Of a stretch of 33,649 nucleotides of DNA, positions 16,790 through 23,496 are shown in pieces; within the stretch, counting starts at the first letter, position 1; each line of letters starts with the position of its first letter. A program made the translations under genes and the position numbers. This DNA is from a virus. Lineage: Duplodnaviria; Caudoviricetes. The notes under the pieces are model-generated. The model made no database searches, was not told the origin of the DNA, and saw only the letters and a list, made by a program, of their open reading frames with translations. The DNA lies in IMG/VR virus record IMGVR_UViG_3300017761_001735, positions 1-33,649 of that record. One strand, 5' to 3'.

Positions 16790-17539
16790 TCACACCGTCA
16801 CTTTCCGGTTGTAGGAACCCGTTCCACGCAAGGCCCGAACAGCCTTGCCAGCCTCGCTGCCCTTGGGTTGCGTCCCATGGATCAGCAGGGCAAACGAACC
16901 ACCCGTGAGCGAGTAGGCGTGGTGATCGTCATGGTCGATAGGCAGCCGCAGCCGCTTGGCCTTGGCCTCGCTGTAGACCACCACAGACTCACGGAACCCC
17001 TCGCTGTCGATCAGATGGTCGAATCGACCACCCCTGCTCGCAGTCAGGGCAAGATTCGGCGGGAGAATGTCCCGTCGCTTCTGCCAGAAGGAGAGCATCT
17101 TGGTGTAGGCGTAGAACCGCATGTCGGGCCTACGCTCACACACTTCAAGCCATGCATCGAAGTAGTTGAGGAGCTTGAAATCCCCAGCCACATGGATACG
17201 GATCACTGCTGCCCGGTCAGGCAAGGCCGCGACCAGAGCAGACGCACACTTCATGGGAGAATCTGCCGCCAGTGATAGGGCAGCCTCCATGTTCGCCTTG
17301 CGTGCATTGAACACGTTGGTGAACAGAGCCTCTTGCGAGGCCGAGAAGCACCGGAACAACGTATGCTTTCCATCCCGGATTCTGCGCTTGCCGCGTCCAT
17401 ACTCCTCGGCCCAAGACTTGCAGTCCTTGGCCGCGGGGCATGTCACTCCTGACAGCATGTCAAAGGAGTAGACCTTGACGCCCAAACGCTTCTCCAGCTT
17501 GGAGAGCTTTGCGTTGGCCGGTGCATACGCGATACGCAT
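16790..17539 (-). CDS. GP88-like protein (putative Fe-S/radical-SAM-like)
   Basis: NAKL...SFD.LSGVTCP...C...CFSA...RIHVAGDF...YAYTK motifs typical of phage gene product 88; GGAGG RBS. Confidence 0.8.
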   Translation of the reverse strand: MRIAYAPANAKLSKLEKRLGVKVYSFDMLSGVTCPAAKDCKSWAEEYGRGKRRIRDGKHTLFRCFSASQEALFTNVFNARKANMEAALSLAADSPMKCASALVAALPDRAAVIRIHVAGDFKLLNYFDAWLEVCERRPDMRFYAYTKMLSFWQKRRDILPPNLALTASRGGRFDHLIDSEGFRESVVVYSEAKAKRLRLPIDHDDHHAYSLTGGSFALLIHGTQPKGSEAGKAVRALRGTGSYNRKVTV

Positions 17540-17575
17540 ACGCACCTCCATGAGAAACCGACTACCGAACGGCAG

Positions 17576-17697
17576 CCGAATAGCACCCTCTGGCACACCG
17601 CGACCCGTTTTGCCTTTATCGGGGGACTCGGGATCGGACAAACCCGCCCGCTGCTGATCGCAGGCGATTGTGTGTCAGCCCAGAGGGGGCTATTCGG
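17576..17697. other. Long inverted repeat / RNA hairpin 1
   Basis: 17576-17593 is the reverse complement of 17680-17697 at 17 of 18 positions; CACAC/GTGTG extends it inward. Confidence 0.75.
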
Positions 17698-17806
17698 ACA
17701 CCGAAAAACGTGCGTTTATATGGCTCGCCGCACCCCAGCCTGCTCCTCACAGTCACCCGCATGGTATGGGAGTGTCGTTCCCATGCTGGGGCCACCATTG
17801 TAACCA

Positions 17807-17894
17807 ACGGCAACCGAACCCGGGCAGGCAGCATTCGGACTTACTTGGGCAATCGCCCGTTAGCCGCAGCCACCTGCCCGGGATCGAATCCCGT
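17807..17894 (-). other. RNA hairpin 2
   Basis: 14-bp stem 17819-17832/17869-17882 with two G-U pairs only on the minus strand; inner GGGC-GAUU-GCCC hairpin. Confidence 0.75.
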
Positions 17895-18235
17895 CAGGAC
17901 ATAACGCGCTGCCATTCGCTGGCCGCACGCGACCCGCCCAGCAGCACAACTGCCAGCGTGTCTAACTGGTCCCGCATAGTCTCATCCGCAAACCACGGCC
18001 AGCCATAAAGACTGCCGCCAGAGCGGTGAAACTTGACCAGAGTCCACAACAATCCGGCGGCATCGTCAGCAGGCTTACTAGCCCGCCAGCCGCCCGTCCT
18101 AGTGTTCAGACAACCCTTGACCGCACGCACCGCCAGTTCATCGGACGGCACGGAAACATTCCCGGCTGCCCGCAGTTTGGCTAGTGGCTCGGCCAATGCT
18201 GCCATGATCACTAGGGAGTGATCAGTCTTTGACAT
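17894..18235 (-). CDS. Hypothetical protein, first gene of leftward operon
   Basis: AGGAGGTGTGATG start. Confidence 0.75.
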   Translation of the reverse strand: MSKTDHSLVIMAALAEPLAKLRAAGNVSVPSDELAVRAVKGCLNTRTGGWRASKPADDAAGLLWTLVKFHRSGGSLYGWPWFADETMRDQLDTLAVVLLGGSRAASEWQRVMS

Positions 18236-18307
18236 CACACCTCCTGATCTGCCCGCATGCGCAGATAGTAATACGTTTACCCTCACCGCATCATCACCAC
18301 CGCATCA

Positions 18308-18480
18308 ACTACATTGCCTCACGCCACAAAAAATCCCGAAAGATTTTTCACGGCACAACCTGGCAGCATGGTTCACACCAGTGATGACGAACCGCGAGCG
18401 TTTCGCAACACTCACCGCGAGAGCGTTTTACAACACTCACCGCGTTACACTTACTACATTGCCCCACCCCGGAAAAATTC
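18308..18480 (-). promoter_or_regulatory. Duplicated 28-bp element (candidate early promoters/operators)
   Basis: 18308-18335 and 18453-18480 match at 23 of 28 positions; core ACTACATTGCC plus A-tract. Confidence 0.55.
18391..18444. repeat. Short tandem repeat (about 25-bp unit)
   Basis: CAACACTCACCGCG exact at 18406-18419 and 18431-18444; ACCGCG three times. Confidence 0.8.
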
Positions 18481-18586
18481 TTGGGAAAATCTTTTTGCCC
18501 CCCTTGCGGTGCTGCCGATAGTATGCTCTAACAGTAATACCGCCGGGGACGATTGAACCCCGGGGAACACTTTGGAGGATAGTAAG

Positions 18587-19147
18587 ATGCAAGCGTTCAA
18601 CACTGTCGGCGCGTCATGCCCATTCCCCATGCAACCCTACAACCCCGCCGATCTAGAACCGGCGCAGCACCTCGCCGTGCGGGAGGGGCTGAGGCTTTCA
18701 GCCCTACGCGACGGGCTCTCGGAGGATGCGGCCGAAGAGGCGGCGAGCCAGTTCTACGTTCACTGGCTTGGCCGGAAATGGGGCAAACTACAAATCCCCC
18801 GGGGAGACCATGCCCGGGCTTTTTACAGCGTTCGGGCTTATGCCCGCCGTTCATTCTGGCACGGTTTCACCGGACAACGACGGCAAGCCCGGGGCAAGCG
18901 CGTTCCCCGTGGGAGTGACGGCAAGCCCGTCAAGGTGAGCGTGGTACGGGCTTGTGCGGCGGAACTGGCAATGCGGGAGCGGTTGCGGGAGCGATGCAAC
19001 CCCACCCCGGAATCCGTGGCAGTGGCTTGTGAGCGTATCGGGCGCACACCCGTACACTCCCGCAAGGCTTACAGGCTTGCCAAGCTTTTAGGGTTGCCCG
19101 GGGTACGCGAACTAGTGCGGGAGGCTTGTGGCTTCGGCGGTGAGTGA
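18587..19147 (+). CDS. Hypothetical protein, possibly divergent ECF-sigma-like
   Basis: GGAGG RBS and own terminator; RDGLSEDAAEEAASQFYVHW...YARR recalls ECF region 2. Confidence 0.6.
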   Translation: MQAFNTVGASCPFPMQPYNPADLEPAQHLAVREGLRLSALRDGLSEDAAEEAASQFYVHWLGRKWGKLQIPRGDHARAFYSVRAYARRSFWHGFTGQRRQARGKRVPRGSDGKPVKVSVVRACAAELAMRERLRERCNPTPESVAVACERIGRTPVHSRKAYRLAKLLGLPGVRELVREACGFGGE

Positions 19148-19151
19148 TCAC

Positions 19152-19189
19152 AAGCCCGGGGTGGGAGCGATCCTACCCCGGGCTTTTTT
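19152..19189 (+). terminator. Rho-independent terminator
   Basis: AAGCCCGGGGTGGGA-GCGA-TCCTACCCCGGGCTT then TTTT, 5 nt after the stop. Confidence 0.9.
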
Positions 19190-19602
19190 GGGGGGAACAT
19201 GTCGGAATGTTACGACATGACGATATGCACGCGATATGCCCCGGGCAAGAAAACGCGGCCGATTCAATCCCTACTAAACTGGTAAACTTTCGACGTTTGC
19301 CAAGGGTACACTTGCGGGAATACCTAAGTGTAGGCGGGGCAAGGGTTTATGTCATGGCATGGCAGACGGTCGGCACGGGAGAAACGACCCCCCCTCCCCC
19401 CCCGAAAGCGATAACGGATCATGTCAATACCACTCCTGACTTTTTTCACCCCTCTAGCCCCCATACGCCTCTTCCCCGCCAAAACTCATGTTCTCTGTTC
19501 GCAAATCGCGAACATCTCCCCGTGTCGCCGGCTCCTAGTGACCTAAATCGCAGGCTTCTAGCGCACCGTGTCGCATTTAAGGCCCCTGGCTTGCGCTCTC
19601 CC

Positions 19603-19620
19603 GGGCATTGATAGGTAGGA
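19603..19620 (+). promoter_or_regulatory. Candidate late-promoter motif
   Basis: gggcattgataggtagga just upstream of the first virion-block gene. Confidence 0.4.
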
Positions 19621-19640
19621 GATAACCCGGGAGCCTGACA

Positions 19641-19874
19641 GTGAACGAAGACGGTGACGCTATCCGCAGCCTGCTGAGTGGTGATCCCCAGCAGATCGCT
19701 GCCGCTGGCCTTATGGGGGTGGACGCTGACTCTCGGTTCAGCCCCGAGTTGATTCGCGCCCTTGAGGCTGGTGGTTTCAAAGAGCCTGGGGTTCCGATGA
19801 CGGTGACTCAGCTTGCCCGTGCCCTGATGGCGGGTGCGATCCCTCCTGACACTCAGATTGCCAGGAGTCGCTGA
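19641..19874 (+). CDS. Hypothetical protein (N-terminal EDGDAIRSLL peptide)
   Basis: GGAG RBS; TGATG coupling. Confidence 0.7.
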   Translation: MNEDGDAIRSLLSGDPQQIAAAGLMGVDADSRFSPELIRALEAGGFKEPGVPMTVTQLARALMAGAIPPDTQIARSR

Positions 19875-20449
19875 TGGCCTGTTGTAAGTGCTGCTGCGGT
19901 AATAAGAACTGTGCCGAGGGCGAGATCGGCAAGTGCTGCTGTGGCGGGCCTACTGGGTCTTGCTGCGAGGCAGACGAGTATTGCTGCGATGGAGAGTGCG
20001 AACCCGCGCCGTGCAGCGGAGCTTGCTGCGATCCGGTCTTTGGTTGCGGCCAGGCTGCTGATGAAGGGACTTGCACCGAGGGTGGGGGAACCTGGCTAGG
20101 GCCTGGGATTTCTTGCGATCCCAATCCCTGCCCTGGTGCCTGTTGCGACTATGTGTTTAGTCGCTGCGATCAAGAGACACAAGCCGACTGCGAGGATAGT
20201 GGCAGGACTTTCCTCGGGGTCGGAGTTCCGTGCATCCCCGATCCATGCAATGTGGAGGGGGCGTGTTGCTGCCCAGACGGAGGGAACGACAACATGGGCG
20301 AGTGTATAGAAATTATGCGGGATGAGTGTTTTGATAACACCTACTTCCCTATCCCTCCCGAGCCGTGCGGCGGCCTAACTGATTCCCTAACTTTTTACCC
20401 AGGAGCAACATGTCCGAGCGTGAGAGACTGTCCGGACGCCCCCCCATGA
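19874..20449 (+). CDS. Cys-rich GACC-repeat protein
   Basis: Three GACC...C...C...GxxC repeats after a CC-rich N-terminus. Confidence 0.8.
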   Translation: MACCKCCCGNKNCAEGEIGKCCCGGPTGSCCEADEYCCDGECEPAPCSGACCDPVFGCGQAADEGTCTEGGGTWLGPGISCDPNPCPGACCDYVFSRCDQETQADCEDSGRTFLGVGVPCIPDPCNVEGACCCPDGGNDNMGECIEIMRDECFDNTYFPIPPEPCGGLTDSLTFYPGATCPSVRDCPDAPP

Positions 20450-20859
20450 AAACATTCACTCTCCAGCAAATCCGCTACACCGCTACAAAACGCCCCCCTG
20501 GCTATATCAAAGACGTTCTCTCTGCCGGCGAGGTAGAAGGAGACAAGGTCACCCTCACCGACGAGGCGTACCGACTGCTCGTTGTCAAGTACCGCACGCC
20601 AGTCAAGGCTGGGCCAGGCACAGAACTCAAGGCGATGCTCTCCAAGATCGGGATCATAGCTTCTCCCACATGCTCTTGTAACGCCAAGGCCAAGGCTATG
20701 GACGAAAGGGGTATTGCTTGGTGCGAAGAGAACGTAGAGACAATCTGCGACTGGCTTCAAGAGGAAGCGACCAAGAGGAAACTTCCGTTTGTGCGCCTTG
20801 CTGGTAAGGCACTTATACATATGGCTATTAGGCGTGCCAAGAAGGGCACTAACAAGTAA
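20446..20859 (+). CDS. Conserved phage protein (GPGTELK...CSCN...WC family)
   Basis: ATGA overlap; recognisable motif GPGTELKxxLxxxGI..PTCSCN..AxxMD. Confidence 0.75.
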   Translation: MKTFTLQQIRYTATKRPPGYIKDVLSAGEVEGDKVTLTDEAYRLLVVKYRTPVKAGPGTELKAMLSKIGIIASPTCSCNAKAKAMDERGIAWCEENVETICDWLQEEATKRKLPFVRLAGKALIHMAIRRAKKGTNK

Positions 20860-20861
20860 GG
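20844..20861 (+). promoter_or_regulatory. Candidate late-promoter motif
   Basis: gggcactaacaagtaagg, 9 nt before ATG 20870. Confidence 0.35.
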
Positions 20862-20869
20862 GGTGACAT

Positions 20870-21235
20870 ATGGATTGGCTGCAAGATGCGTGGAACCAAG
20901 ACGGCGGTAAGAAACGCCGGGCCGAAGAGCAGCGGCAGATGCGGATGGACCGCGCTAAGGCTGACCGCGAGCAGCGCATGGAAGATGAAGAAGGCGGTGC
21001 CTTTGGCCACCCCGGCCTCGGCTTTGCCATGGACACACACCGCCAGGGTCTTGCCAATCACTCAGCTGCGGCTGGTGCAATCAACTCCGCCATCTCTGGG
21101 GAAATGCAGTCTCGCGTGGCCCAAGAGCGCGAGAAGCGGCGCATGGAGCATGAGAAGTACCTAGCTAACATGCGTATCCAGATGGCGAAGAAGGAGCAAG
21201 AAGGCAACATCATCAGGTCCTTGCTCAATGGATGA
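20870..21235 (+). CDS. Charged coiled-coil protein (C-terminal QEGNIIRSLL peptide)
   Basis: 121-aa ORF, E/R/Q-rich helices. Confidence 0.75.
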   Translation: MDWLQDAWNQDGGKKRRAEEQRQMRMDRAKADREQRMEDEEGGAFGHPGLGFAMDTHRQGLANHSAAAGAINSAISGEMQSRVAQEREKRRMEHEKYLANMRIQMAKKEQEGNIIRSLLNG

Positions 21236-21277
21236 CAACCCCTGGTGGTTTCTCTTTGAGGAAAGGGACGAGGACTG

Positions 21278-21433
21278 ATGGACAAGGAGGGCGACAAAAT
21301 CCGTAGCCTCAAGCGTGGCCTGTGGGACAACATCCACGCCAAGCGAAAGCGCGGCGAGGCCCCAGCCAAGCCCGGCAGCAAGGACTATCCAGACCCGAAG
21401 CAGTGGAGGAAAGTCAGTGGACAAAGAGGGTGA
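21278..21433 (+). CDS. 51-aa basic protein MDKEGDKIRSLKRGLWDNIHAKRKRG...
   Basis: Read manually; GAGG RBS; GLWxNIHAKRKR is a recurrent small phage-protein motif. Confidence 0.75.
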   Translation: MDKEGDKIRSLKRGLWDNIHAKRKRGEAPAKPGSKDYPDPKQWRKVSGQRG

Positions 21434-21683
21434 CAAGGTTCGTCAGCTGGTCTGGACTCGCAAGGAAGGCCAAGACCCTGATGGTGGGCTGAACGCCAGG
21501 GGGCGCGCGGCATACAACCGCGCCAACGGTGCGAACCTCAAGGCTCCACAGCCCGAGGGCGGCCCAAGGCGAGACTCCTTCTGCGCCAGGATGCAGGGCA
21601 TGAAGGACAAGCTCACCAGCAAAGAGACTGCCAACGACCCCGACAGCCGGATCAATAAGTCCCTGCGTGCGTGGAAGTGCTAA
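21417..21683 (+). CDS. DUF6321-like basic protein
   Basis: GTG after GGAGG; WTRKEG..P.GGLN..GRA.YNR...RRDSFCARM.GMK...SRINKSLRAWKC. Confidence 0.8.
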   Translation: MDKEGDKVRQLVWTRKEGQDPDGGLNARGRAAYNRANGANLKAPQPEGGPRRDSFCARMQGMKDKLTSKETANDPDSRINKSLRAWKC

Positions 21684-22586
21684 ATGGACCGCCGCCCAAC
21701 TCAAAGCGTCGATGACTTGGTGCGACAGGCCGAGGCGGAAGTTGCCGCCGAGCCGAATCACCCATACCCATCCATGTGGGACGTGTTTGTCAACCATCCT
21801 GGCGCACTGACACACCAAATCCTTTCCGATTCGGAATACCAGCAGAAGCGTAAGTATGACTCCCTGATGCGCCGGCTCGCCGCTATCCAGCAACAGTACC
21901 CAAGCGAGTTTGGCAAGAAGGTTTTCACAATCGACGGCGAAGGGAATCCGGTCCTTGGCTCTGACTTGCATTTTGGACCCAAAGACGTTTCCCCGTACCG
22001 CCAGAGGGGAATGCTGGAGCCTGGCATGCCTGTGGCCAACGCCTTCCAGGTTGTGCAAGCCCCGTTCTCCCTAGCCGCCAATACGGCTCGCGCTGCTTAC
22101 GATCTGCCAAAGGCCGCAGAGGAAGCGCCGCACGTTGCCAACAAGGCAACTGGCGGATTGTGGAACGCAGCTCAGGGTAAGGACCCGAACCCATCTTGGT
22201 CAGCAGAGCGGGAGTGGGCTGGCAAGGTGCCGTTCAACTCTCCATTGATGTTGCTTACTGACGGCAACCCCGGCCTCGCTGAAGGTCTGAAGCCCGGCGA
22301 CACGGAGCGCGGATCAATCGAAGGTCCTGATTTCCTCAAGAGCGACTTTGGATGGAAGGACTCTCTTGGCACCGACATCGCAGGATATGCGTTAGAGGCT
22401 GTTGCCGATCCTGTAATGGGCGCAACCGATGCGATTAGGCATCTCGCCAAGGCTTCCGGCAACCTGTTCTCGCGCTACGGCGCAAAGCACTCACTTAAAG
22501 CGGCGAGCCTAATGGGGCAAGAGATGGCTCTTCCCGGCGCTCTCTCTGGCATGAGCGCATACAGCCGCAGCCAGCAGGAAGAGTAA
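21684..22586 (+). CDS. Hypothetical protein, possible internal virion protein
   Basis: 300-aa ORF; A/G-rich C-terminus with EAVADP motif reminiscent of ejection proteins. Confidence 0.7.
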   Translation: MDRRPTQSVDDLVRQAEAEVAAEPNHPYPSMWDVFVNHPGALTHQILSDSEYQQKRKYDSLMRRLAAIQQQYPSEFGKKVFTIDGEGNPVLGSDLHFGPKDVSPYRQRGMLEPGMPVANAFQVVQAPFSLAANTARAAYDLPKAAEEAPHVANKATGGLWNAAQGKDPNPSWSAEREWAGKVPFNSPLMLLTDGNPGLAEGLKPGDTERGSIEGPDFLKSDFGWKDSLGTDIAGYALEAVADPVMGATDAIRHLAKASGNLFSRYGAKHSLKAASLMGQEMALPGALSGMSAYSRSQQEE

Positions 22587-23434
22587 TGGGCAAACTTGAC
22601 CACTTGGGCAATGCCGTCCGCTCTGTCATCAGGGCCTACCACGGTAGCCCGCATGACTTCGACAAGTTTGATGCCAGCAAGATCGGAAGCGGCGCTGGCA
22701 GGCAGTCCTATGGGCACGGCCTTTATTTTTCTGAGTCTGAGCCAGTGGCCGAAGCGTATCGCGGCAGCATGTCGGCCCTGCGCCGAACGCCCGAAGAAGA
22801 TGCGCTTGAGCTGTGGCGACGGCAGGCAATGCTGCATGGCGACTCAAAGAAGGGGGTTCTTTCAGCGATTGACACTGCCTTGGAGAGGATGGAAGAGGCA
22901 GCCAACATGCCGATGGCTCAACAGAGGTGGGATGACATCCTGCAGCATCTGTATGGCATCGACTATCGGCAGCCTCTCCCAAAACAATCAGGTGCAATGT
23001 TTGAAGTGGAGATCGGAGTTCCTAAGCAGCAGCTTCTTGATTACGACAATCCGTTCAGGTCGCCAGCAGGCATAACGGCTGCGAATGTTCTGGATCGCGT
23101 GGCGCCTGGCGCAATAGACCACAGCACCCTGAAGAGAATACAGGCAGGCGAAGACAGGCTGACCATACATCCCGATCCGGTAGAACGCTCCTTGGCGGCA
23201 AGGCGAATTCGCAAGTTGGCAGAAAACCCAAGCGGCGCGGAAGAGCTTTTTAAGGCCGGCATACCCGGCATTCAGTACATCGATGACTCCATGTTGTCTT
23301 CAAAGGGCATTGCCCCGGCCCGCAACTACGTAATGTTCCCGGGCACCGAAGACTCCATCCGCATCCTGCGCAAGTTCGCCATCCCTGGTGCCGTTGGCAC
23401 TGGGGTTGCATCGCAGTACGAAGAGTCCCCGTAA
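22586..23434 (+). CDS. ART-PolyVal-like (ADP-ribosyltransferase-fold) protein
   Basis: AYHGSPHDFDKFD..KIG.G.G.Q.YG.GLYFSE...VA..Y and GIPGIQY.D...NYVMF motifs of polyvalent-protein ART domains. Confidence 0.7.
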   Translation: MGKLDHLGNAVRSVIRAYHGSPHDFDKFDASKIGSGAGRQSYGHGLYFSESEPVAEAYRGSMSALRRTPEEDALELWRRQAMLHGDSKKGVLSAIDTALERMEEAANMPMAQQRWDDILQHLYGIDYRQPLPKQSGAMFEVEIGVPKQQLLDYDNPFRSPAGITAANVLDRVAPGAIDHSTLKRIQAGEDRLTIHPDPVERSLAARRIRKLAENPSGAEELFKAGIPGIQYIDDSMLSSKGIAPARNYVMFPGTEDSIRILRKFAIPGAVGTGVASQYEESP

Positions 23435-23454
23435 CAAAAACCCCTAGTCCTGTG

Positions 23455-23496
23455 CATTAGTTAGTTAGACCCCTCCCCCGAGGCTAACTAACAATG
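23455..23496 (+). promoter_or_regulatory. Hairpin sequestering RBS and start codon of scaffold gene
   Basis: CATT-A-GTTAGTTAG pairs with CTAACTAAC-AATG; CCTC can pair with GAGG inside. Confidence 0.6.

Larger units (their letters stand above)
8786..18244 (-). repeat. Dispersed gene-junction repeat GGAGGTGAGTGATG
   Basis: Exact copies at 8786, 9358, 9579, 10008 and 12188; near-copies at 9015, 11324, 12648, 13204, 14771, 14959, 16106, 16326 and 18233. Confidence 0.9.

Noticed and set aside
17594-17679. c-di-GMP-I riboswitch suggested by AAAGGCAAAAC on the minus strand
   Set aside because: The GAAA loop and GACGCAAA elements are missing.
17616-17834. 72-aa minus-strand ORF in the hairpin region
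   Set aside because: No SD unlike nearly all neighbours, and it starts inside a stem; treated as non-coding but not excluded.
19323-19350. IHF-like site (CAA-N4-TTA)
   Set aside because: Only the core matches; the WAT prefix is absent.
19144-19611. 155-aa ORF after the 18587 gene
   Set aside because: It runs through a strong terminator and C/T homopolymer tracts.
20527-20556. VEGDKVTL as a sixth copy of the tag peptide
   Set aside because: Internal position, and it lacks the invariant Arg.
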